The notes beneath the pieces were generated by a model. The model worked only from the letters and a program-made list of their open reading frames with translations. It ran no database searches and was not told where the DNA came from. Below, piece by piece: positions 30,884-42,356 of a DNA stretch of 64,000 nt (positions are counted from its first letter, which is position 1; every line of letters begins with the position of its first letter). The translations under genes and the position numbers were made by a program. Source of the stretch: Cyanidioschyzon merolae (taxonomy: Eukaryota); assembly GCA_000091205.1 (NCBI GenBank), contig AP006486.2; one strand, 5' to 3'.

Positions 30884-31345
30884 ATGGAAGCAAATCATTC
30901 GTTGGAGAATGCAACAGCGTGCGTTAGTTTGAGCAGCAGACCGAGGACTTGCCGAGGGATCGCTCCGAAGAAGCCCATGATCATCGTGGACAGTACCGGG
31001 CGCGAAATCACAAGCGAGCATCCATGTCATGCTCTGCATTCGTTAGGGGCATGTACAGAGCGAGGAAGCATGCTTCTTTTTCAAGCGCCACAAGGCGGTG
31101 CCTGGAACAGCAGGAGCTCCTTCGGTAGATCGTTCTGAACACCAAACCACACTCCCGTGTTACTGCAACGAAGGGCGCACCGAGGCTGTGTTCAAAGAAC
31201 ACGAAGATGGCAAGCAAAGCGTAGATTGCAACGCCCGCTCGTGTGTGAAGCGCCCCGACAACAGTCGATAGCAGCAAAATCGGGAACTGAACGCTGCCAT
31301 CAACATCCTTCAACTACTGACAACAGACGCAGAAGGACAGAGGAG
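30884..31345 (+). pseudogene. degenerate TnpB-like remnant of a second, more prokaryote-like family
   Basis: Reading through two stops in one frame gives ...KKPMIIVDSTGREI...QGGAWNSRSSFGRSF*TPNHTLPCYCNEGRTEAVFKEHEDGKQSVDCNARSCVKRPDNSR*QQNRELNAAINILQL. This parallels the TnpB C-terminus (...CSCCGH...YTCPHCGLVLDRDLNAAINI): a CxC...CxxxxC zinc finger followed by the (D/E)LNAAINI RuvC-III motif. Confidence 0.4.
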
Positions 31346-31527
31346 ACCAGTGCATTGAAAGCGAGAGATGTGTGTTGAATGAAACGAAGAAGGCGCTGCG
31401 ATCACAGAGGGCATACATAAACACCCACTCACAGACGCCTCCGAGCCCTTTTCGACGGGCCGCCTGCTATCGGCTACAGTTTTTATCGCAGCGCACTTCG
31501 TGTTGAGCGGCTGCCCGGTAAGCTTAG

Positions 31528-32000
31528 ATGGCGGCAGCTCTGCGAGTCTCTTGTCGTCAGCACCGCACACATCATCTGGTATTGGTGGCAGCATTGAAAT
31601 CTGGGTTCTCGAGCTCCATGCGTTTATTGCCGCTGAATGAACTCGCCAGCGCAAGGATTCCTCTAATTTGTACCCTCTGTGGAAATACAGTCTCACCATC
31701 GTCCCGTCGGGCAAACACCTCTTCTCGCATATACCCCATCGTCTTCGTCACTTGCGTTTCTTCGCTCGATTGTCGGCGAGAAGAAGATTTTTTCGTTTTG
31801 TTTTCGGGCACCCGGCGATGATGGCCCTCCAGGATCCGCGACTTTCCGGTCCATACCTTCCCATTAGATTTTTATTTCTTCAAATGAACGCACTTTGAAC
31901 GCTTCTCCAATAAACCGCGAAAGCGCATTTGATGACACGGAAGTGAGCGTGCAATGCAATTAAGGTGAAAGACTATGCCAGCGCGAGCATATGCTAGACC
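31528..32000 (-). mobile_element. internally deleted non-autonomous derivative (mini-element 1) of the family-A Fanzor element
   Basis: The 5'-end-homologous part (31800-32000) aligns with copy-1 3900-4300 (e.g. ccctccaggatccgcgactttccggtcc vs cctccaggatcgtcgactcagtttttc; gaacgcttctccaata shared). The 3' part retains a decayed RuvC-III block (ENPDFNAATNTR at ~31581-31607, minus strand). About 1.8 kb of ORF is missing. Confidence 0.55.
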
Positions 32001-33483
32001 AATGCATTGATGAACATGGCCCGTAACGTACGGGCACACGACACAGGCCGCGTGCGGACGGACGCTGCTCTGCCCCCTGTTTACCACATAGGAGCGGAAG
32101 GAGTAGGACTCGGCTGTTCGAACACCAGATCTAAGCATTCGTATGCAGAGTGAGCGAATCGAGGATCTGTTGCTCGATGGACCATGCACGCTGTGCAAAA
32201 GCTCGCTGTACTGATTTCAAGCGAATAGGACACATAGCGGTCGTTGTCCATACAACCAACTCGCTTCGGAGAGCAGTTCATGTACATCAGTGCATCGTGC
32301 ATCATCTTGCGGGAAGGTTTTGGCGGGTCTGTTCGACACAAAACCTCAGTTGTCTTACAGGACGCTCCTATGCGATTTGCAGCACGAAATCAAAAAGTAT
32401 ATACGAGTTATCGGAATCGATACACGAAAGCATTACTTGGGCGACGCACTCGAGCATTCAGGACGGGCATGATTGCAGAAGCTGCGCCCTGCAGTCCACG
32501 AATTCCTCTAGGGGCTTCGATTTCCCTCTTTACAAATTAGTCACAAAGATTCGAGCTGAGCTCGCTAACAACGGTCAGGTATCATCCACGTTCGATTTTG
32601 AATACCGCCTGTTGCTCATATACAGACCATAATGCCGAACAAGCATCTAGTTATTCTCAGAATGCCGCCGAGCAGACTCATACAGTACCCATCAGCCGTG
32701 ACGCGACTTGGTCGCTGTGGGGCACTCTGTCTGAGCAAAGCGCGAGTCCCCTGGCAATAGAGCCTCGCGCCTCGACAGCTCATGGCAGGCGCCAGACGAA
32801 CACATGCGAGAGCTGCACAAGTTCAGCGAAGCGCTTCCCCTGTTCCGACCTTACCCCGGTGTCGATACCCGTACACGTTCACGAAAGTAGACTTTGCAGC
32901 CAGACCCGAGAGCGATTGCAACCGATTGACACTAAAACAATGGTTTTCGTTCGAGTACCCTGTGACACGTGAGAGCGGCCGGGTCCTCGCCGCTGCCTCG
33001 TTCCAGACCAGCTACTCTGCAGCTGCGTACGCTACGAACAAGAGCCAGCAACCCACGCGCACCGTTTTCAACCGCCCGCGTGTGGAGCAGAGGCATCACA
33101 AGAATCGTCTTTCCACTCGGGCCCCAGTGTTCGTGACTCGTACACAGCAGCTCGAAGCGAAGTATCAATCGCCGAAGCGAGCTGCTCCACGAGACGCAGT
33201 TTCTCGCTGAGTTCTTGAGTTTTCGACTGCAGACTCTCCACGGTGGAGTTCATGTCCCTGACAGCAAGTAAGAGTTCCTCTAAAGCGGCTATAGACGCTT
33301 GTTCCGGTGCTTGCATTACCCCGCTCTCTACACAGGAAAAGCGCACAGTGTTTTGTCCAGCAAACTGAGTGCCAATCTAACAGCGGTGTCCGCGCAGCTG
33401 GGCGGCGCCGCCTCCGCCACGTACGACAGCAGAGCGAACGGGACGGGACACGCAACCCGCCGCGTGCGCGCCTCCGTTATGCT

Positions 33484-33990
33484 TTTCCATCTCAATTGCG
33501 TTCCATGCCCAGGTGCGTTTCATTGAATGCTCTCTCGTGGTTCATAGCAGAGGCGGTGGAAGTGCGTCCCTTTGATGCGCTAAACATCTGAGGGAAATGG
33601 ATGGGCGTGAAAGTCGGGAGTCCTGGACAGCTTCTATAGCCGGGTGTCCGAAAAAGAAATGAAAATAGTTTTCCCTCGCCGACAATCGAGCGAGGAAGCG
33701 CAAGTAACGGCGAAGAAGACGACGAAGAGGGTAGACCGGCGAGAAAAGTGTTTATCCTGCGGGAGAGTCACGAGACTGTTGCTGGACAGAGGCCAAGAAC
33801 GCTTGGGATCCTCGCACCGGTGCAATCAACCAGAGGCAATGCACGTACGGAGTTCGTGAACCGAAACGTAACATTGCCATCATTACGCGACGATGCTCGT
33901 GGAGCTGACGCGAGCCAACTTTGTTCGTGTAGCTCTAGCTCCAGCAGAATCGGCAAACGCTCAAACACGCAGGGCCTGGTGAAATCCCAA
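33484..33990 (+). mobile_element. internally deleted derivative (mini-element 2) of the family-B Fanzor element (copy-3-like)
   Basis: 5' part tccatctcaattgcgttccatgcccaggtgcgtttcattgaatgctct aligns with copy-3 49595-49650 ctaaactcaattgtgttccatcgccaggtgcgtggaatcaaatgctct. 3' part has decayed RuvC-III TEFVNRNVT and gagctgacgcgagccaactttgt matching copy-3 51770-51800. Confidence 0.5.
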
Positions 33991-34039
33991 GTTGTCCAAC
34001 TGATGGACGTTGCTAGACGTGAGGGGAACCTCTTCAATC

Positions 34040-34650
34040 ATTCGACAAGGTGAATGAAGTTGTCTGCGCCTTCTATTCGCGTTCGATCGTACATAGGACG
34101 GGCGCCCTGCTCGGCGAATACCCATAGACGCTCCGACCGTTTCGTCCAAAGGGAATCTCATGGACTGAGAAAAACAACGTCCCTGTGCTTCATACCGAGC
34201 GCGAAGATCCAGGGACGCTGCCGTTGCGATGATCTCCGCAGAAGATGGTCGTGAAAGAACCAGGACTCTGTTTTTGCGATTATACCCCAGTGTTTTCAGG
34301 ACCACACGAGCAAGCTGCTGAGAACCAGTGACGCCCGTAGCGACTAATATCGTCGCTTTTGCATCCCGCTTGGTGATCAGCGGGTCATTTTTCTACTATA
34401 GAACGCGAGCAGTCTTTAAAAATATCGGTTGCTGGCGCGGAGCGCATATCCTTCTCTCTTTCAGTATTCCACAACCATTTGAGCACTGTGGTATGACTCA
34501 CCTGAGGGAGGAATGCAATCCTGCTTGCACTGCGCAGTAAACAACATATATCCGATAGTCAATTCGTCTAGAATCCATGCGGTACCTGGCATCGTGATGT
34601 TGATCGCCATCTATCCACCGCAGCAGGCGTGGTCCACCATTCAGTCGAAA
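34040..34650 (-). repeat. dispersed ~0.6 kb repeat, copy a, containing an NmrA/SDR-like Rossmann N-terminal pseudogene fragment
   Basis: ~75% identical over ~550 bp to 45990-46580 in the same orientation. Minus strand encodes ...KATILVATGVTGSQQLARVVLKTLGYNRKNRVLVLSRPSSAEIIATAASLDL (NAD(P)-binding GxxGxxG) with no in-frame ATG and decaying sequence after ~60 aa. Confidence 0.5.
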
Positions 34651-34835
34651 CACGACCATGGCGGACGATTCGTTGGATTGCACCGCAGCCGCTGCGCGCC
34701 CGCGCATTGTGCATTCATGGTATTCAGCCCTGAGTCTATGGTTCGCGACTAACAAGATATTCGTGAGCCCTGGAGACTTGAGTGCTTCTCTAACTCTGCA
34801 GACGCCTTGGTGAGCGGGCCTTTCGAAGCGTTTTC

Positions 34836-37412
34836 TTGGTGGAAACGTGGCAGAAGGCTCGGCCGTCCGGGGGTGCGTTGGCCGCGAAGCGTGCAGCGAA
34901 CGAAACGCTGACTCAGCAAGGGTGCGGAGCAGCTTTCGTTGCCACTCTGCTTTTCCGCTGGGAAAAGATGAGCGGTGGTCGAATAAGTTCAAGCGATGCG
35001 CTTCGTCTACGAGTGCCGGCAACAGCGCGTTTGTCCACAGCTTCCACGAGTCTGTCGTGGTCCGCGGGAACCCAGCGGAGCCAGCCGCAAGCGTCTCCAG
35101 CGGCAGCTGCCCAGAGCGTACCCGAGCTGGACCGCGGTGCCTTCCTTCGCCGAGACTATGTGAACCGTGAAATAGAACGGAGGGCGGCGGAGTATACACG
35201 CACCCGAGAACTTCGCTTTTTTGTCAGTACTTTTAACGTGAACGCCAAACCGCCGGTGTTTGACCTTTCGCCGCTGTTAAAAGACCACCGAGCAACACCA
35301 GCTTCACGCGACGCGCTCTGGGAGTCATGGGCAGGCGCTCACGGTGCTGCCCTCGGGCCGCCCAGCGCTGGTATGAAAGCTGGAATCCCAGAAGTAGCGG
35401 CGGACGCTGGCGACGTCCTCATCTTTGGCTTCCAGGAGGTGCAGAAGCTCTCCGGGACCGCCGCGGTCATCACTGACGAGTCCCAAGGCCGGCCTTGGCG
35501 TGACTCTATCCAAGCGCTGCTCGACAGCATCGGCTCATACGTCTGCGTGGTGCAAAGGCAACTGGTGGGCATTCTGCTGCTCGTCTTTGTGCGAGCAGAC
35601 CACGCAAACGCCGTGCAGAATGTTCAGATCACGAGCGCTGGCACTGGGATTGCAGGTGTGGGTGGAAACAAAGGCGGCGTGGCTGCCAGATTCCAGCTCT
35701 ATGACACGAACATTTGTTGTGTATGCTGCCACTTGAGCGCGCACGAACAGAATCTGGAAAAACGCAATGCCGAGTATCGTGCGATCATGGAACGGGTCGT
35801 CTTCAACCCGATGAGCGATGACAACGGGAATCCTGCACCGCTGCTGCCGAGCTATCCTGGCTCTTATGCCGTACCACAAACAACTTCGATCCTCGATCAT
35901 GATGTGGTCTTCTTCTTCGGTGACTTGAATTACCGTATCGCGCTGCGCCCCGAAGAAGTTCTCCGATGCATCAAGGCCGGCGATTGGCAGTATATGGCCA
36001 GCCACGATCAGCTGAATTCTTGCCGGTCCATGGGATTCGCATTCGAGCCTTTTTCTGAGGCACCTCTACAATTTGCACCGACCTACAAGTACAAGCCATT
36101 CGAGAACGAATATGATAGTGATCCGGACAAGCCGGGTACATTGAAGCGGACACCCGCCTGGTGCGATCGCATCCTCTTCCGCGGAAACGGGATGCGGATT
36201 CGCTCGTATCGAAGGCATGAGATTTTTGCTTCCGATCATCGACCAGTTTCGGCCATTTTCACAGTCCCTATACAGCAGATCGATCGCGAGCGGCGGCAGG
36301 CCGTATGTGATCGTCTGTGGCGAGAGATTAGTCGACGGGAAAATGAGACCATACCGCGGCTGGCGGTCTCCGAAAACGATATTGTCATCGGAACCGTTCG
36401 CTTTCGATCACCGCTGTATGTACACTTCACCATCACCAACGTGGGCCGCGTCCGAACACGCTGGTACCTTCCGCTGCAGTACATCAAGAAATGGATGCAC
36501 TGCGTTCCGTCGAGTGGAGAGCTGGAACCCAAGCAACAAGTGCGCGTCCAAATCAAAATTCTCGTCGACGAGCATTGTGGATACTCAGCCATGCTCGCCG
36601 AGGCACCGCGAATAGAGTGCACGCTCGTTGCACAGGCGGAAAACGGTGCGGCGTGCTTTGTAGCGCTACACGGCCGCTATGCGCCCACAATTTACGGCTG
36701 TTCGCTCGAGCTGCTGGCCTCGCGGAACGGTGGCAATGGGTTCATGGTGCCGGAACTCTGGCTCATGGGTGATGCGCTCTTGCATCGGCGCATCCTGGGC
36801 ACGAATCGCAACCTTTTCGTAGAAAATTGCCCAGACACGCAAGCAGTCGAATCGTTACGCGATGCCTTGGCAAACACCACCGCAGCTGTTCGCGAAGAGG
36901 CGCTTGAAAAGGCGCCGCCCCTGGCCCTTGGGCAGGTACTCGTAGAGTTTCTGCGCTACCTCGAGACACCAATCGTCCCATTCGACTTATATGATGACTT
37001 TATGCAAGCAGCCGGATCTGGCGACGCACGCGCCGTCCTCCACGTCATGACTAGAGCCCCGCCTATCTATCGTAATACCTTTGTGTATGTGCTTGCCATG
37101 GTAAGAGAGCATCTTCAACGACTTGCGCTGGATTTGCGGTCTGAGCGAGACGCGAATCCAACGGCGTCGCTAACCCTGAGACTTGCGCACGCTTTTGGGA
37201 CTGCACTACTGAGACGTAGGCCATCCGAACAAGCAGCTGGTGGCGATGCTGGCGACGCCCATCTCGACAGGGCGCGCTGTCTGCTGCCGCTGCTTCGGGC
37301 TCTTGAAACAGCCGATGATACGCGCGATAGCGATGCCGCGAGCCAGACTACGGAAGATGCAAGCAATGGATCCGCGTTTCCTCTCTATGAACTATTGTTT
37401 GACTCTGTATAA
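34836..37412 (+). CDS. inositol polyphosphate 5-phosphatase, OCRL/INPP5B-like (IPPc catalytic domain + ASH + RhoGAP-like C-terminus); likely start at internal M ~34968
   Basis: IPPc motifs seen directly: LIFGFQEVQ, ICCVCCHLSAHE, FFFGDLNYRI, PTYKY, WCDRILFRG, SDHRPVSAIF. A C-terminal RhoGAP-like region (LALGQVLVEFLRYLETPIVPFDLYDDF) is as in OCRL. Confidence 0.85.
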   Translation: MVETWQKARPSGGALAAKRAANETLTQQGCGAAFVATLLFRWEKMSGGRISSSDALRLRVPATARLSTASTSLSWSAGTQRSQPQASPAAAAQSVPELDRGAFLRRDYVNREIERRAAEYTRTRELRFFVSTFNVNAKPPVFDLSPLLKDHRATPASRDALWESWAGAHGAALGPPSAGMKAGIPEVAADAGDVLIFGFQEVQKLSGTAAVITDESQGRPWRDSIQALLDSIGSYVCVVQRQLVGILLLVFVRADHANAVQNVQITSAGTGIAGVGGNKGGVAARFQLYDTNICCVCCHLSAHEQNLEKRNAEYRAIMERVVFNPMSDDNGNPAPLLPSYPGSYAVPQTTSILDHDVVFFFGDLNYRIALRPEEVLRCIKAGDWQYMASHDQLNSCRSMGFAFEPFSEAPLQFAPTYKYKPFENEYDSDPDKPGTLKRTPAWCDRILFRGNGMRIRSYRRHEIFASDHRPVSAIFTVPIQQIDRERRQAVCDRLWREISRRENETIPRLAVSENDIVIGTVRFRSPLYVHFTITNVGRVRTRWYLPLQYIKKWMHCVPSSGELEPKQQVRVQIKILVDEHCGYSAMLAEAPRIECTLVAQAENGAACFVALHGRYAPTIYGCSLELLASRNGGNGFMVPELWLMGDALLHRRILGTNRNLFVENCPDTQAVESLRDALANTTAAVREEALEKAPPLALGQVLVEFLRYLETPIVPFDLYDDFMQAAGSGDARAVLHVMTRAPPIYRNTFVYVLAMVREHLQRLALDLRSERDANPTASLTLRLAHAFGTALLRRRPSEQAAGGDAGDAHLDRARCLLPLLRALETADDTRDSDAASQTTEDASNGSAFPLYELLFDSV

Positions 37413-38744
37413 AGCCCGCATCAACATGAATGGATTCATTCTGGTGTTCTCGGTACCGAGTTGCGAAAGGGGCGTTCGACGTTCAGTTCAGCTCGCATCA
37501 CCAATTTTGCATCCCAATGGATCGTACCGACAATCATGGCAGCAACATGCAGCGGAAGCGATCCATTGCCGATCTTTCCATCACACGATATCCAGGAATC
37601 GAACTAGAGTCTTCTGTACGCGCTGTGGATATCGGCGCTGTCCAGCGATCGTGCTAACTCGAGCTCTACGTTCATGTTTCGCCACGCACTCGGATACATG
37701 ATGCAGGTCACATGCTTCTACGTTGTGGCCGAAGCCGCAGCATATATGCACCGCTCGCGAGACGTCTCAGATACTGGCGCTGCTCATTATGGGTTTTTCG
37801 GAAGCTTGGACCTGATTCAAGGCTCTGAAGGACCCAGTTGCAAACGGTAGCCCTGAACAGAAACGGCCTATCCGTGCCGATCTATCCAGCACCTAGGCCC
37901 CCGCTGATCCGGGGCATAGACACTGCGCCCGCTTCAAGGACGGAAGCGCGCCACGCGTAGCGCGCTCCTCTCGAGCTGGGGCCCCGAGCGCAGCGCTCTC
38001 GCCTACCGAAGTTTCGCGCGCGGGCGAGTGCGCCTCCACTCAGACAATGCCGCCACTGCATCTGGTCGTAAGGTTTCAAACTTTGACGAATGCTCGGAAA
38101 AACATTTGATGGATATCGGCCACGATATCGAAGACTGTGACAAGGCACCTTTCGGGGAACACACACCAGAGCAAGACATGCATGGCAGCGCTCGAGTGCA
38201 CCGTACCCCCAAGGCGAGGTCTGGATGGTCATAGTTCTTGGAACTCGGACGTCTGGTGCAGTACGGTAGTTGACTACCTTCATGCCGGTAACCAACGTGC
38301 ACTCGGGTATCCCTGATGTGAGTCAACGATCCACCGTGAAACACGAAGCAAGTCATGCACAGCACCCTGTACAGCTGGGGGCGCGTCGCGCGCGACGCCA
38401 GCATCGCTTCGCAAACGAAAGCTTACGTTGTCGTGCGCTTGCGAGCAGCACTCCACTGGGACAAAGGATTGAACACGAACGGATCGAATACATTACTGCG
38501 ACTGGTTACGCATTTTTCCAGGCTGGTCTCGGAAGCGACGAGCTCGTCACGAGGAGAAGGCGTTCACTGCCGCGCTTTTTCCTTCAGGGCTGAGCGTTCG
38601 TCCATTCCAACCAGGTGTGAGCTGTTGGTTTTCGTTTCTAAGAGAACACGAGTGTGAAGAACCGCACTCGAGCACACTGACTCGATACTACAGGTTGGCT
38701 ACAGCAGCTACGAGCACATTCTCACCTCGAAAGCGTGCAAAACT

Positions 38745-39800
38745 ATGCACAGCGGAGAACGTCTTGTTCTCGGTATTGAAGGAAGTGCGAATAAAATCGG
38801 GGTCGGGATTGTGACGAGTGATGGTGCGATCTTAGCAAACGTTAGGCGGACGTTTGTGCCAAAGACAGGCTCGGGCTTTCAACCGCGGGAGACGGCGCGG
38901 CACCACCAAAAACACGTCGCCTCGCTCATAGAAGAGGCGCTTCACACCGCCGGGGTGCGTCCGACTGACCTCTGTGCAGTCGCGTACACAAAAGGCCCGG
39001 GCATGGGAGCCCCACTTCAGAGCTGCGCGATTGCTGCCCGCATGTTTGCGCTCATGCACGATCTTCCGCTGGTGCCGGTCAACCACTGTGTCGCGCACAT
39101 TGAGATGGGACGACTCGTCACCGGTGTCGACAATCCTGCTGTGCTCTATGTCAGCGGCGGCAACACGCAAATCATATCCTATTCCGAGGGACGATATCGC
39201 ATATTTGGGGAGACAATTGATATAGCGGTTGGGAATTGTCTGGATCGTTTTTGTCGACTCGTCGGTCTAAGCAACGACCCATCTCCTGGGTTTCAGGTGG
39301 AGCAGGAAGCCAAAAAAGGGCGACACTACGTTCCTTTACCGTATTCGGTCAAGGGTATGGATGTGAGTTTCTCGGGAATCCTCTCGCGAATCCAAGATCT
39401 TATCGGATCCTACGCTATACCTGACCTTTGCTTTTCGCTTCAGGAGACCGTGTTTGCGATGTTGGTTGAAGTCACTGAGCGCGCGATGGCGCACTGTGGC
39501 CAGCGGGATGTCCTCGTGGTGGGCGGTGTCGGTTGCAATGAGCGCCTCCAGGAGATGCTGACCACCATGTGCACTGATCGAGGTGGAAGGGCCTTCTGTA
39601 CAGACGAGCGCTTTTGTGTGGATAACGGTGCCATGATCGCTTGGACCGGCTGGCTTCAAATCTCGTCAGCTGCGCGTTTGCTTGGTTCCGAAAAACTCGA
39701 ATGGCCCTGGAGCGACTGCACAGTGACTCAGAGATACCGCACCGATGACGTAGCGATCACTTGGCGCGAGGAAGGCGCTCTGCAGCTAGCGATGGATTAG
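38745..39800 (+). CDS. KAE1: tRNA N6-adenosine threonylcarbamoyltransferase Kae1/OSGEP
   Basis: [41 protein letters not shown] and [10 protein letters not shown] match Kae1/OSGEP over the full 351 aa. Confidence 0.9.
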   Translation: MHSGERLVLGIEGSANKIGVGIVTSDGAILANVRRTFVPKTGSGFQPRETARHHQKHVASLIEEALHTAGVRPTDLCAVAYTKGPGMGAPLQSCAIAARMFALMHDLPLVPVNHCVAHIEMGRLVTGVDNPAVLYVSGGNTQIISYSEGRYRIFGETIDIAVGNCLDRFCRLVGLSNDPSPGFQVEQEAKKGRHYVPLPYSVKGMDVSFSGILSRIQDLIGSYAIPDLCFSLQETVFAMLVEVTERAMAHCGQRDVLVVGGVGCNERLQEMLTTMCTDRGGRAFCTDERFCVDNGAMIAWTGWLQISSAARLLGSEKLEWPWSDCTVTQRYRTDDVAITWREEGALQLAMD

Positions 39801-40551
39801 AGCCCGTCGCGCGCTCGTCCAACGCTGCAGTACGTATCTTGATGCGTCTGCCTTTGCAGACCGGAGACGCTGCCTCGACGCTGCACTGATGCCAATGCGC
39901 GTTTGCCGCGGGCATGGAGCCTGAGATGCGCGGGCGACCAGACTGGCGACCTCACTGACAGTGATACCGCGAGCAGGGAACGAAGCGTGTGTAGTTGAAA
40001 GTGCTGGTCTGGATTTCGTTTGGGTTCGTGCAGAGACCCTCTGGACCATCTGTTTTTCTACCACAGCGTTTCACAAGCTCTGAACGAGACTCGACCTTCT
40101 CCGAGACCGAGTAAACGCCTGCGTTGCATCGCCTGTATGCAGTGCACCGAGATAGAGCGGGACGCGCGTCCCATAACGTTCCGCGTACAGGCGCCAAACA
40201 AACTGGCGTGTTTCCTGACTCATGCTGGGCAGTGCTCGGGAAGGAAGGCGCGCGCCTAACCAAAGGCATGAGCGAGCGGGCTAGTCAAGGCGTGGGCGCT
40301 CGCGAACGCCAGGTTTAGCGTGTCAAAGATCTGCCGCTGCAACCAGCGACAGTGCACGAACAGGTGCTGTTCACGCACAGAGGTTTCCTTGGTCACGCAG
40401 ACGGCAGCAGTGCAACCGCTGCGCAGCCGAATACGTCAGCGCGGGCGTGCTACTATTTGGACAGGCCTCGAGGCTGGAACTCGCCCTGAGCGACCGCTGC
40501 AGCGAGGCCCCAGAGAAGCTCGTGTAGAGAACGCTTCTGTATTGCAAAATT

Positions 40552-40623
40552 TGCGCAAGCGAGGAATCGAACCTCGATCTTCACGGCCACAACGTGATGT
40601 TCTGACCGTTAAACTACTTGCGC
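40552..40623 (-). tRNA. tRNA-His (anticodon GTG)
   Basis: Minus-strand sequence GCGCAAGTAGTTTAACGGTCAGAACATCACGTTGTGGCCGTGAAGATCGAGGTTCGATTCCTCGCTTGCGCA folds as a cloverleaf. Acceptor GCGCAAG/CTTGCGC, anticodon stem TCACG/CGTGA with loop TTGTGGC (GTG), T-arm CGAGGTTCGATTCCTCG, discriminator A. No genomically encoded G-1. Confidence 0.8.
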
Positions 40624-41378
40624 TCGACCGTCTAGCATCACAAATGAAAATCATCATAAATTCATATATAAAGCGTGAACGCGGGAATTCGTCGACCGCA
40701 GGTGGCGTGCGGCGCGCACCCGACGCTTGGCGATTTTCGCAGCGCAGTACTGATCGCGGCACGCTCCTCGAGGCTGCTGGCGCAGCAGACGCAACTGCTG
40801 TCCCGATTCGTCGGGTCGCCTCCGCGTGTTTTGCAGCTGTTAGCGGAGAGAGCCGCATTCACCATCCTATTTTCGTTCTATGCTCCGAACGATGCTGAAC
40901 CCAGCTGGGTTTCCGGCCCTGCAGTGCGGGTTCAGAGCAGTGCTCGAGTCTGCTTCGCCATAGCCACGCTGTCAGACGAGCAGCGCATTCGAGACTCGGC
41001 GCCCGTCCGAACATGAACCAAGCCCAACGCACTGAAAATGAAGCAGTCGTGCATTGACCTGCATACAGATCAGCAGTGCAACGCGGGAGAGCGCAGCACG
41101 GCGCCTTGCGGAGTCCTCTTCAGCGCTAACCGCCATGTGCACAGCGCTATACACCATGCGTTCAACCTGAGCAGCGTCTCGAGCTGCGTCTGTCATCATG
41201 GTTGCCTTTGAGGATCCTGAATCACCAGAGCGGTTCCGAACGACTGCGAAACCGCTGATGATATCCAGAAACCAAGGTCGAGGGGGGCTTCGCTGCGAGG
41301 CGTCCACAGCGGCAGGCGCTGCTCTGTGGATGCCCATCGGGTCGCCTTCGCGCCTCCGAGTTCGGCAATGGTGCGGAT

Positions 41379-41399
41379 CTGCTGCTGCTGCTGCTGCTT
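41379..41399. repeat. (CTG)n microsatellite
   Basis: ctgctgctgctgctgctgctt seen directly, just upstream of the PP6 gene. Confidence 0.8.
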
Positions 41400-41444
41400 C
41401 TAGGTCAACGAGCGAAGCTGTCCACGCTTCTCTACGAAAACGTT

Positions 41445-42356
41445 ATGAACCTGGACGCTTGGATTGCTACGTTAAGAACAGGAAACATACTTCCAGAATC
41501 AGACCTAAAAAAGCTGTGCGAATATGTGAAAGAACTGTTGATCGAGGAGAGTAACGTCCAACCAGTCGCAGCACCGGTAACGGTCTGTGGCGACATTCAC
41601 GGCCAGTTCTACGACTTGTTGGAGCTGTTTCGAACAGGCGGTGAGGTCCCCGCAACATCTTACATATTCATGGGCGACTTCGTGGATCGTGGACGAGACT
41701 CAATCGAGACGCTCTCGTTCCTCTTCTGCCTCAAAGCACGATATCCGTCTCGGGTGACGCTTTTGCGCGGAAACCACGAGTCTCGCCAAATCACCCAGGT
41801 TTATGGATTTTATGACGAATGTCTTCGAAAGTACGGTTCAGCAAATGCGTGGAAGTGGTGTACGGACGTTTTTGACTACCTTGCTGTGGCGGCGCTGATC
41901 GACTCTAGGATACTCTGCGTCCATGGCGGGCTCTCACCAGATATCAGCACCCTTGATCAAATCAGACTCATAGACCGTCGACAGGAGATTCCACACGAGG
42001 GCCCGTATTGTGACCTCATGTGGAGCGACCCGGAAAACATTGAAACATGGGCGGTGAGCCCCCGGGGCGCCGGCTGGCTCTTCGGGGCCAAGGTAACGCA
42101 CGAGTTCAATGAGATCAACGATCTGGAGCTCATTTGTCGGGCGCACCAGCTTGTTCAACAGGGCTACAGGTACATGTTCGATGATGAGTCTTTGGTAACG
42201 GTATGGTCGGCTCCGAACTATTGCTATCGCTGTGGAAATGTAGCAGCGATTCTGGCTTTCGACAGTGATCTGAACAGGGAGTTTCGCATCTTCAGAGAAG
42301 TCGAGGAGGAGCACCGACGCGAACAGAACCGAGGCATCATTCCGTATTTTTTATGA
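41445..42356 (+). CDS. PPP6C: serine/threonine protein phosphatase 6 catalytic subunit (Sit4/PPP6C-like, PP2A family)
   Basis: Near-colinear with human PPP6C. Motifs seen: [36 protein letters not shown]-terminal YFL. Confidence 0.9.
   Translation: MNLDAWIATLRTGNILPESDLKKLCEYVKELLIEESNVQPVAAPVTVCGDIHGQFYDLLELFRTGGEVPATSYIFMGDFVDRGRDSIETLSFLFCLKARYPSRVTLLRGNHESRQITQVYGFYDECLRKYGSANAWKWCTDVFDYLAVAALIDSRILCVHGGLSPDISTLDQIRLIDRRQEIPHEGPYCDLMWSDPENIETWAVSPRGAGWLFGAKVTHEFNEINDLELICRAHQLVQQGYRYMFDDESLVTVWSAPNYCYRCGNVAAILAFDSDLNREFRIFREVEEEHRREQNRGIIPYFL

Noticed and set aside
34498-35199. 233-aa ORF 34498..35199 (-) overlapping the 5' end of the inositol 5-phosphatase gene
   Set aside because: It is antisense to a strongly supported CDS and is low complexity. 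Its 3' part lies inside the dispersed repeat, which explains the open frame there.
40320-40898. 192-aa ORF 40320..40898 (+)
   Set aside because: It overlaps the tRNA-His gene on the opposite strand and has low-complexity composition.
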